From Mobula hypostoma (taxonomy: Eukaryota): DNA of 64,000 nucleotides. Shown piece after piece: positions 39,901 through 51,698 of this stretch. A program made the translations under genes and the position numbers. The DNA lies in the NCBI RefSeq assembly GCF_963921235.1, contig NC_086107.1:105464001-105528000 (forward strand), in the 5' to 3' direction. The first letter of the stretch is position 1; the number at the start of each line of letters is the position of its first letter. The notes under the pieces are model-generated. The model ran no database searches. It saw only the letters and a list, made by a program, of their open reading frames with translations, and was not told the origin of the DNA.

Positions 39901-42900
39901 CCCTTGTGCCCACCAAACTCGTCTCATTTGTCTAGAAGTACAAGTTGTGTATATAGAGTGGATTCCAGTAAATTGGGCCATCAGCTTATATGTGCAGCTT
40001 AATTGGGACGCAAACAACAGGAATTCTGCAGATGCTGGAAATTCAAGCAACATACATCAAAGTTGCTGGTGAACGCAGCAGGCCAGGCAGCATCTATAGG
40101 AAGAGGCGCAGTCGACGTTTCAGGCCGAGACCCTTCGTCAGGACTAACTGAAGGAAGAGTGAGTAAGGGATTTGAAAGCTGGAGGGGGAGGGGGAGATGC
40201 AAAATGATAGGAGAAGACAGGAGGGGGAGGGATGGAGCCGAGAGCTGGACAGGTGATAGGCAGAAGGGGATACGAGAGGATCATGGGACAGGAGGTCCGG
40301 GAAGAAAGACGGGGGGGGGTGACCCAGAGGATGGGCAAGAGGTATATTCAGAGGGACAGAGGGAGAAAAAGGAGAGTGAGAGAAAGAATGTGTGCATTAA
40401 AAAGAGTAACAGATGGGGTACGAGGGGGAGGTGGGGCCTAGCGGAAGTTAGAGAAGTCAATGTTCACGCCATCAGGTTGGAGGCTACCCAGACGGAATAT
40501 GGTGTGTATATTCCGTCTGGGTAGCCTACAACCTGATGGCGTGAACATTGACTTCTCTAACTTCCGCTAGGCCCCACCTCCCCCTCGTACCCCATCTGTT
40601 ACTCTTTTTAATGCACACATTCTTTCTCTCACTCTCCTTTTTCTCCCTCTGTCCCTCTGAATATACCTCTTGCCCATCCTCTGGGTCACCCCCCCCCCCG
40701 TCTTTCTTCCCGGACCTCCTGTCCCATGATCCTCTCGTATCCCCTTCTGCCTATCACCTGTCCAGCTCTCGGCTCCATCCCTCCCCCTCCTGTCTTCTCC
40801 TATCATTTTGCATCTCCCCCTCCCCCTCCAGCTTTCAAATCCCTTACTCACTCTTCCTTCAGTTAGTCCTGACGAAGGGTCTCGGCCTGAAACGTCGACT
40901 GCGCCTCTTCCTATAGATGCTGCCTGGCCTGCTGCGTTCACCAGCAACTTTGATGTATGTAGCTTAATTGGGAAGCTGCTTATTTGGGACAACTCTTAAA
41001 CAATGAAAACTAATGGAGAAAATAGCCGGGATTCCCTTCATTTATTTGGGACACTCTCTTGCTTAATTCTGACAGTAGACTGTTACCCAGCAGTTTCTAA
41101 CTAGTGTCAGTTGAGTGCACGGATGTGGCCGTTAGGCAGTACACCGTGCTTAAAGCGAATAGTTTTTGAGTAGCATTAGTTGTGTTTGTGTTCAAGAAGC
41201 AGTAAATTTTGTCTCTGATCGTTGGCGAGAAGTAAGCATTAAGACAATTCAGAACTGTTTTGCTTACTGCGGTTTCAAGCATTCAAGTTTGGGAAGCCAG
41301 AAACGGCAGGGAATGAAAATGAAACCATTTCACAACATCAAGTTAGGAACTACGAAAAATTTGAAGGTATTGATAATCCTCTTGAATGTGACAATGAAAA
41401 GGAAGATTTGGAGGAAGCAATCGTCGATAGCAATGTATGAAGGTGGTCCATGACCTGCACTGCGTGTTTGCACTGATTTTGTTCATTTACAGTCAACCAA
41501 AAGAACACAGCAGATGAATTTCTCTTGATAACTATTAGACACTAATACACAGTTTTATAGTACAGGTCGACCTTCACTAATCCGACTACCTGTAATCCGG
41601 TTCCTTTGATAATCCGCACTGATTTCAAATTTTCCGCGCAACTGTAATTTCAAATTTTCCGGGCCACCGTACCAATCTGCTGCGCATTGTTTTGGTTGCG
41701 CTAGATCTGTTCATGTGTTGGCGCGCCCCTGTAAGCACAGACAGGTGATTCCTGCTTGTTTTTCTGCATTTATTAATATCATTTGCGTGAGACACGGCCG
41801 CTGGGCGCCCGTCCGTCTCACCCGCCTGTGGTCATGCAGTGCCCGCCGGCGTTGCCCGGCTGGCGCTTCATTCTCTTCTGTCCACGACCTCAGATCAGAC
41901 GCGGTGACCCACTGAATTTAAGCATATTACTAAGCAGAGGAAAAGAAACCAGTGAGGATTCCCTCAGTAACTGCGAGTGCAATGTAGTCTTTGGGGTAAC
42001 TGCAAGTCTGTGTCTTTGCTATTGCTTTGCTCACGCTTGAGTGCTGGTAGTGGGCGTGCTTTACTTTTGCCGGTGGGGAGGGAGGGGATTGTTTCTTGCT
42101 GCCACTTACGCGGGGGAGGAAGGGGAGCGGTGGGGGGGGGGATCTTAGGGGTTCTAACATTTAACTGTCATTCATTCTTTGGGGCACTCTGTTTTTGTAG
42201 ATGGTTGCGAAGAAAAAGCATTTCAGGATGTATATTGTACACATTTCTCTGACATTAAATGAACCTTTGAATCCTTTGATATTTTAAAGGTACGTTGAGG
42301 CGGTTAGCTATTGCTTAATGTGATCCTTCTGTAATTCGGCATTTTCACTAGTCTGGCATTCCTCAGGTCCCAGTGGTGCCGGATTATAGAAGGTCGACCT
42401 GTACTGTTGTAGTATTGCTAGTGTTCTTATTTGTTCAGTATTTCATTTAAATACATAATTCGTTATTCAGTTCTATGGTCGTTTTGTCTTTTTTATACCT
42501 TTTTAACTATTTAACTTCTGCTAAATGGGGCAACCACTTAAATGGGCCAAAATTTACTGGTCTGATGTGTCCCAAGTAACCAGAATCTAAAAAAAGGGTG
42601 AAGACCATTCTGTCCTTCTGGCTGGCTGTGCCATTTGCAGATCTGCCTCCGTTATCTTCTAGCTCAATCTCTATACCCTTTGATTCTCTCAATAGTCAAA
42701 ATCAATTTGTATTTTATCTCCAATGAACACAGTTACAGACCTTTCACAGCGATCTGGGCTAGAGAATTCCAAAGTTTCATGACTCAGAACTTCATCTTAA
42801 TCCTAACCCTTGCTCTGAGAAGTGCCTTTTGTGCACTTAGTCAAGCCCTAAATGAATGTGTGCTTTGATGAGATCTCCTCTTATTCTTATACAGCCTGGA

Positions 42901-44207
42901 GAATATATTTCCTTTAGTGCCCATGTCATTTGCTTGAAGAGATCCTGAACTAGCAAGAGTGGAAACATTCTGTGGTATTGAGTCCTGTCCAGTAGCAGGT
43001 TGATGCATCTCATGTACCTATGCATTGGGTGAATTAACCTGTGTTCTGTATATTGGCCAGCAGATGGTGCCATTGTCCATGATGCAACAGAAAGCAATCA
43101 GACTATTTAACATTTAATATTCATTCCACTGTTCGTTGGAATACTGTTTCTGCAGGTAGTTGGTGCACAAAGTTACTTGAGTTACTGCCATTTTCCTGTC
43201 AGCTTGAGCCAATCTTGCCATTCTCCTCTGACCTCTCATTAACAGGGTTTTTCTGCCCACAGAACTGCCGCTCACTGGATGTGTTTTGATTTTTCTCACC
43301 ATTCTCTGTAAACAGGGGTTCCCAACCTTTTTTTTATATGCCAGTGAGCCTTACCATTAACCGAGGGGTCTGTGGATCCCAGGATGGGAACCCTTGCCGT
43401 AGAGACTGCTGTGCGTGAAGATCCCAGGAGATCAGCCTCTGCGATACCCAAACCACCCAGCTGGAACCCACAATCATTCCATGGTTAGAGTTACTGAGAA
43501 CACATTTCCTGCTCATTCTGAACGACAGCTGAACCTCTTGACCGTGTCTGCATGCTTTTGTGCATTGAGCTGCTGCCACATGATTGGCTGATCAGATTTT
43601 TGCGTTAACGTACAGGTGCACCTAAAACGTATCCACTGAGTGTATTTGTAATGGGTGATGTAAGGATTTGTTAGTTGCGGGGGAATAGTCCTTTGAATGT
43701 CAAGTCCACTTTCTTATCCGGTTTCACTGACCCATAACTTTTTTCCGTAGGTTGATAAAATTCTCAAGGTGATTCCTAGAGAGCGGAAAACCTACCTGTT
43801 CTCAGCTACAATGACTAAGAAGGTAAAGGAGGTGTTAGAGTTGAATCTGAATGAAACGCGGGAGACCAGATGCTTATAGTTACCACAGTTTATTGCGCAC
43901 CCTCCTGCAAGAGTTTGAGACTCAGTTGTCAAAGGGAAGGCACGTAAGTACTGCCACCATTTGACAAGTGGGCCTTCTCCCTCGGTTATAGCCGTATATT
44001 TATACATAGTAAGCCCCATACATTACTGTTGCAAGGTGTTATTTGGACTGGTACGCCCACCAAGTTTGTTTGTGCAGAACTTAGTTACAGATAAGGGAGT
44101 CCACTAGATCAAGACTTAATTACAGATGGATGTTCATTCCTGTCCTTGGTGAGCCCTCCTCCCCCTACTCAAACGAGAGTACAATGTACAATGTTATCAA
44201 TCTCTCA

Positions 44208-44248
<41 letters not shown>

Positions 44249-47200
44249 AGCTGACTGCTGAAGGCAGAGTTTACTTCAGTTCAAAAATTCCTATCCTTTT
44301 AGCCAGAGGTTACATAGGTTCAAGATAATTTTTATATCCCCAATTCCTCAGAGGGGTGCACTGAAACGGGGTTATTTAATGTATCTGTGCACATGCTTCT
44401 GATGGAGCACCTCAGTACAGGTGGTGAGAGAGAGGGTAGGAGTCTGAGAGAGGTTAAGTAAAACTCTACAGCTGCTAATGTACAAACCTCATTCCGAAGG
44501 AGAACTAGCGGAACCAACAAGACGCCTGGTTCAATTATTAGCAGTGTTTTTAAAAGTTGCAGTGTTGTTTCTTTCTGAAGGGGGGGGGTGTGTGTGTGTG
44601 TCTTTCTTTCTCACACTCCATCTCTCCCTCCCCCTAATCAGGTGCAGAAACTCCAGCGAGCTGCCCTGAAAGACCCTGTGAAATGTGCAGTGTCAACCAA
44701 GTACCAGACAGTGGAGAAGTTGCAACAATATTACGTATTTATTCCTTCCAAGTTCAAGGTAACGCACATTTAAACCGTCTTTCGCCGATTTAGTGATCCG
44801 AAGTTTTCCACCTGTGGGATGCTGACAAAGGAAGTTTTATACCCATAGAGTTTGTCACTTTACATATCAGAATTGGGAGTGCATTGTGGTGTAGTGGCTA
44901 GCATAAAACTTTACAACGCCGGTGATCCAGATCCAGATTTTCCTGCCACTCTTTGTATGTAGTTTGTGTGTTTTCTCTGTGATCCAGTGTGTTTCCTTCA
45001 GGTGCTCCAGTTTCCTCCCACATTCCAAAGATGTACAGGTTGGGGTTAGTGAGTTGTTGGCATGCTGTGTTGGTGCTAGAAGCACCTCGACATTAGCGGA
45101 CTGCCCCTGGCACATCGAACTGTGTTGGTCGTTGACGCAGACGACAAATTACACTATGTTTGGATGTACGTGTGAGAAGTAAAAAGCTAAATTTTATCTT
45201 TAATCAGATTTGAAAGGAAAATGTTGGCATTCCAATTAATAATAATAGATATGGGCCACAGAAAATAATTGGATCTGTGTTCTGGATTGAGTGAATAGTT
45301 GTACAAAGCTCACATGAAGGGAAGTTTGTGCATTGATTTTGTTCAAAGTTCCATGGTTTGTCTTTTATTCTGTTTTTTCTCTAGGATTGTTACCTGGTTT
45401 ACATTCTCAATGAGCTTGCTGGGAATTCCTTCATCATCTTCTGCAGCACGTGTAACAATACCCAGCGCACAGCATTGCTCCTTCGCAATCTGGGATTTAC
45501 TGCCATTCCCTTGCACGGCCAGCTGAATCAGGTAGGCCGACGCTCTTCACACGTTGAAGTGAAGAATTTGTCTTAAGATTCTGTTTAAAATCCTTTCCTT
45601 GGGGTTTTATTTTTATCAATTGCAGAACAAACGACTGGGTGCTTTGAATAAGTTCAAGGCCAAGTCTCGGTCAATCTTGCTGGCTACGGATGTGGCAAGT
45701 CGGGGCCTGGATATTCCTCATGTGGATGTGGTTATAAACTTCGACATTCCCACGCATTCTAAGGTAAGCCTGGGACAGAACATCGTACGTAGAACAATGC
45801 AGCACAGTCCGGGCCATTCAGCCCATGATGTTGTACCAACCTTTCAACCTGCTCTAAAATCTATCTAACCCTTCCCTCCTGCATAGCCCTCCATTTTTCT
45901 ATCATCCATGTGCCAATTTAAGAGTCTGTTAAACGTCCCTAATGTATCTTCCTCTACCACCACTGCCAACAGCACATTCCAATCACTCGCCACTCTGTGT
46001 TCTAAAAAAAAACTTGCCTTTGACATCTCTCCTATACTTTCCTCCAGTCATCTTAAAATTATGTCCCCTTGAAATAGCAATTTCCGCCCTGGGATAAAGT
46101 CTGTGGCTGTCCACTTGATCAATCGAATTTTGAAAGGTCTAAATCAGAGGTTCCCAACATTTTTTATGCCATGAACCAATACCATTCAGCAAGGGGTCCG
46201 TGGACTTCAGGCTGGGAACCACTGGTCTAGATGGAGTGGGTGTGTTTGATATTGTGGGAGTCTGGGACCAGAGGGCGCAACCTCAGAATAGAGTTACGTC
46301 CATTTAGAACGGAGATGAGGAGGAATTTCTTTAGCCAGAGGGTGGTGAATCAGTGGAATTTGTTGCCACAGGCAGCTGTGGGGGCCAGGTCATTGCGTGT
46401 ATTTAAGGGGGAGGTGGGGAGGTTGACAGATTGTTGATTAGTCAGGGCGTGAACGATTAAGGGGTGGGAAGGCAGGAGAATGGGGTTGAGAGGAAAATGG
46501 ATCAGCCATGATGAAATGGCCTAAATCTGCTCTTTTATCTTACTGTTTTGTCTATGTCACTCACATAGAAAATAACTTCTTCATTGAACATGTGGGCCTC
46601 TGTGCATTAGCTGATCAGATAAATGTGAGGTGTTGCAAATGCAAGGAGACAGTACACAGTTGAGGGCAAGATACTTAACAGTGTTGCTGAGCAGAGAGAC
46701 ATTGGGATATTTGAAAGTGGCTACACAGGCCGATAAGGTGGTTAAGAAGGCTTATGGAATGCTCGGTTTTATTCGTCGAGGCATCGAGTTCAAAGGTCAG
46801 GTTTTTGTGTTGCACCTTTATAAAACTCTGGTTAGGCCACATCTGGTGTACCGCATACAGTTCTGTTTGGCCCAGCATAGGAAGGATGTTGAAGCTTTGG
46901 AGGGTGCAGAAGAGTTTCACCAGGATGCTGCCTGGTTTACTGTCACGAGAGGCTGGATAACCTTGGGTTGTTTTCTGTGGAGTGCCAGAGGCTGAGGGGA
47001 GATCTGATAGAGGTTCATTAGATTATGAGAGGCATAGCCAGGGAGCATCTGTTTCCCAGGGTTGAAGTGTCTCATATCAGAGGGCGTGCATTGATGGTGA
47101 GAAGGGGTAGGTTCAGGGGGTATGTTTTTCACTCAGAGTTGTAGGTAGGAGAGATTAGTGTTTGGATGTTTTTGATTTGCTTTTAAGCTGTTCGGCACAA

Positions 47201-50200
47201 CATTGTGGGCCGAACGGCTTGTTCACATGCTGAACTCTTCTGTGTTCTGTATGAAGGGTAAACTGAGGGCAATGGAATAAGTGCTAATCAGCTCCCGTTA
47301 GATAATGTTCTCAGCTGGCTGACCTCAGTCAGTGTTCTACAGTTAACTGCAGTACCATTGAATGGGAAGAATCAGCCAAAGATTCTCCTGCTCAATGTTT
47401 GCTGTTTTTGGGCAATAGGGATTTGGATGTGATACTGGAGTTATAGGGAAGTACAGCACAGAAGCAATCCCTTTGGCCCATCTACTCCATGCCAAACCAT
47501 TTAAACCACCTACTCCCATCGACCATCACCGGGACCATAGCCCTCCATATCTCTACCATCCATGTACCTAGCCAAACTTCTCTTAAATGTTGAAATCAAA
47601 CTCACATGCACAACCTGTGCTGGCAGCACATTCCACACTCTCTCAACCCTCCGAGTGAAGACGTTTCCCCTCATGTTCCCCTTCAACTTTTCACCCTCAA
47701 CCAATGACCTCTAGTTGTAGTCCCACCCTTCCCAATAGAACATAGCACAGGAAAAGGCCATTTTCCCCATGATGTATCGAACCAGCTAAAAAGCAAATCA
47801 GAGACACCCAAACACTAATCCCTCCTACCTACACCATGTCCATATCCCTCCATTTTCCTTACATCCATGTGTCTATCCAAAAGTCTCTTAAAAGCCTCTA
47901 ATGTATTTGCCTCTACCACACATTCCAGGCATCCACCACTCTCTGAGTAAAAAAAAACTTAACTCCTCACATCTTACAGTGCCTGGGAGCTTAGAAATAG
48001 CAGATGTACATGAGATTAGTCATAGTCATACTGTATTGATCCCGGGGGAGATTGGTTTTTGTTACGGTTGCATCATAAGTAATAAATAGTAATAAAACCA
48101 TAAATAGTTAAATAATAATATGTAAATTATGCCAGTAAATTATGAAATAAGTCCAGGACCAGCCTATTGGCTCAGGGTGTCTGACCCTCCAAGGGAGGAG
48201 TTGTAAAGTTTGATGGCCACAGGCAGGAATGACTTCCTATGACGCTCTGTGTTGCATCTCGGTGGAATGAGTCTCTGGCTGAATGTCCTCCTGTGCCCAC
48301 CCAGTACATTATGTAGTGGATGGGAGACATTGCCCAAGATGGCATACAACTTGGACAGCATCCTCTTTTCAGACACCACCGTCAGAGAGTCCAGTTCCAT
48401 CCCCACAACATCACTGGCCTTACGAATGAGTTTGTTGATTCTGTTGGTGTCTGCTACCCTCAGCCTGCTGCCCCAGCACACAACAGCAACCACGATAGCA
48501 CTGGCCACCACAAACTCGTAGAACATCCTCAGCATCGTCCAGCAGATGTTAAAGGACCTCAGTCTCCTCAGGAAATAGAGACAGCTCTGACCCTTCTTGT
48601 AGACAGCCTCAGTGTTCTTTGACCAGTCCAGTTTATTGTCAATTCGTATCCCCAGGTATTTGTAATCCTCCACCATGTCCACACTGACCCCCTGGATGGA
48701 AACAGGGGTCACCGGTGCCTTAGCTCTCCTCAGGTCTACCACCAGCTCCTTAGTCTTTTTCACATTAAGCTGCAGATAATTCTGCTCACACCATGTGACA
48801 AAGTTTCCTACCGTAGCCCTGTACTCAGCCTCATCTCCCTTGCTGATGCATCTATGCAACTATGGCAGAGTCATAGAGAAGCATTGAGTAGCTTTATTAC
48901 TGATTTCTCCCCCCCGTCACCCCCTCTGTGATGCAGCTTGCTCTGTTGCCGCTGCCTGTCACATTTCCTGGGTCTGTGTTCCTGTGTGTGCGCTGCACAG
49001 TCTACCCCAGTTTAATGCAAGCCCGGTTTTTATTTTGCAGGATTACATCCATCGGGTGGGACGCACAGCCAGAGCTGGTCGCTCGGGAAAGTCCATCACT
49101 TTCGTCACCCAGTAAGTTTTGCCCGTTGAGGTGTAGCAACTCTGTTACATTTGGTTCCCTATCACTTGCTCATTCAACTTGTTACTGAAGTGGAGCCAGA
49201 GACTAGACGGAGTTTCGGAGAAGAGAACAGCCCCTTGTAGGTTACCAGCCTTCACGAAACCTAGTGCTTGTTCAGAGTGGGGAATACCCAGTATAGTGGA
49301 GGATGCTAAGGTGAATCTGGCATATGCTAATGATCAAGGGTATGTTGAAATCAAGGAGCTGATGGTCTCTACTTTAAGAATATTAAACTTTATAAGTCCC
49401 CTAGACCTGATAGGTAAAATAAGTAAAGGCATCTGTTAGTCTTGCGGGACCATGGATCTGCGCCTGGAAAGTCTTCACTCTCCAGGGCGCAGGCCTGGGC
49501 AAGGTTGTATGGAAGACCAGCAGCTGCCCATGCTGCAAGTCTCCCCTCTCCACGACACCAATGTTGTCCAAGGGAAGGGCAGTAGGACCCATACAGCCGC
49601 AGAGCACTGTGTGGTTAAGTGCCTTGCTCAAGGACACAACACGTTGCCTCGGCTGGGGCTCGAACTCACAACCTTCAGATCGCTAGTGGAATGTCTTAAC
49701 CACTTGGCCACGTGCCCAAGGTATAGGTATGACCCTGGCTATTGAGAGAGGCAAGAGAGATTTCCCTTCCTTTCCAGTCCTGAAGATGTGTCTTGGCCCG
49801 AAACATCGACATAGATCCTGCCTGACCTGCTGAGTTCTTTCAGAATTTTGTGTGTGTGTTTTTTTTGCTATGGATTTCCAGCATCTGTAGTCTGTTTTGT
49901 GTTTAAGAGAGGAGATTACTGAAGCCTTGACAAAGATCTTTGTATCTTCTCTGGCCAGAGATGAGTTATCAGATGAGCTGTGAATCTAAGACTCTGGCGG
50001 CCTGTCCTGGGACTGGAGTCCTTTCTGTGTATGTGAATGGGTGGGTAGGTTGGGAGGGCGGGAAGAGGCCTTTGCTGTGTTGTTTTGATGCTGCTGTTGC
50101 TGCTTGTGTTCTGCAGAACATTGTGGACGTGCTGTGGTGGCGACATTTGTGGCCTCGGGCGTGTTGTTAACACAAACAACACATTTCACTGTATGCCTCG

Positions 50201-51663
50201 ATGAACATGTGGTTTGGAGAGTAGCCAGTGCTGTTTCCACTGAGAAGGACAATAGGGATTATTTAGGAAATTATAGACTGGTGGTAGGGAAATTATTGGG
50301 GAACATTTTAGGGGTAGAACATGAAGAATAGTCAGCATGGCTTTGTTTGGGACAAGTTGTATCTTACAAACATGATTGAATTTTTTTTGATGAGATCACG
50401 AAGTAGATTATGGATAGGACAGTGGGTGTTATCTACATGGACTTCAGTGGGGCATTTGTCAAGGTGGTAGCTCATCAGGATATAAAGATGTGTTGGTGAT
50501 CCACAGTAACTTAATATTTTCGTAGGGGTATTGAGGACTATGGTGCAGGTCAATGGGAGTAGGCAGTTTAAATAGTTCAACATGGACTAGATGGGCCAAA
50601 GGGTCTTTTTCTGTGCTGTACAGTTCTATGACTATGGACTTGAAATTGGATAGAGCATAGAAGACGGAGTAGTGGAGGGGTGTTAACCTGCCTGAGTGTC
50701 AGTGACCAGTGGATCAGTGCTGGGACTTTTGTCTGTGTTGTATATAACAGACTTGGATGCAAATGTAGAAGGGGTGATTGGTAAGTTTGCTGATGACACC
50801 ACAAATTGCTGAAGTGGATAGTTAAGGTTAAAGGACACAGCAGGATATTGATCAATTGCAGATCTGTGTCAACAGAGAAATGGTGACGAGTTTAATTTGG
50901 GCAAGTGTGAGTTGTGCTTTGGGAGGTTAAATGTAAGGGGCGTGTGTAAGTAAATGGCAGGACCTTGGTTGGGGATTCATTGGTGGGTGAGGGGGTATTA
51001 TTGACAGTGACCCAGGGGCTGTCCCCACCAGCCTAATGAAAGGGAGGGGGGAATCATTCCACCAAGGGCGAGTCTGGTTTAGAGCAGACTGCAGTGGGAA
51101 GTTGGATGTGTGAGGTGGGGCTTGGTGGAGTTACAGGCAGTAAAGTTTGATCGCAGTTGCAGTGTGGGGAACGTGGCAGTGACTTTTTTATCTAGGACAT
51201 TTACTGGGGTGATGAATAGAAGCTGTTTCAGTTATTAGGATGATTATTATTTATGGGTATGGAGTAGAAGAGAAAACTGCCCCTAATTTCTCCTCCCACC
51301 CCTTTCTCGCTGTTTCCATTCCCCATTCTGCTTCCCCTCTTGTCTCTTCTTACCTGTTGGTCACCTCCCTCCTCCTTCTCTTTCCTCCATTGTCCTTTCC
51401 TTTTAGGTTCCTTCTTGACCCCTTTATCTCTTCCACTTAATTCCTCTCAGCTTCTCACTTAATTCCCATGCCCACCCCCCCACACCTAACTTCCTTACCC
51501 TTGACCGGGGCTCACCTGCCAGCTTGTACGCCTTCCCCTCACTCCACCGCCTTATTGTGGTGTCCGCCCTCTTCCTTTCCAGTTTTGTTGAAGGGCCACG
51601 GCCCAAGATGTTAACTATTCTCCTTCATAGATGCTTGCTGCCCAAACTGCTGAGTTCCTCCAG

Positions 51664-51698
<35 letters not shown>

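Larger units (their letters stand above)
39956..42590 (+). mobile_element. Tigger/pogo-like DNA transposon remnant hosting nested insertions
   Basis: Imperfect inverted ends with repeated AATTGGG; remnant [28 protein letters not shown] resembles the pogo/Tigger transposase C-terminus. Confidence 0.65.

Noticed and set aside
4783..40999. Recurrent short ORFs such as [21 protein letters not shown] and [11 protein letters not shown]
   Set aside because: Translations of the non-coding Penelope terminal repeat and hammerhead, not a protein family.
41885..41979. Functional 28S rRNA gene
   Set aside because: Only ~95 nt, with substitutions in conserved positions and no 18S/5.8S, embedded in a transposon.
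48164..48859. 231-aa ORF as a nested antisense host gene
   Set aside because: It is the C-terminal RT region of a 5'-truncated Rex/Babar-like LINE with its 3' tail intact.
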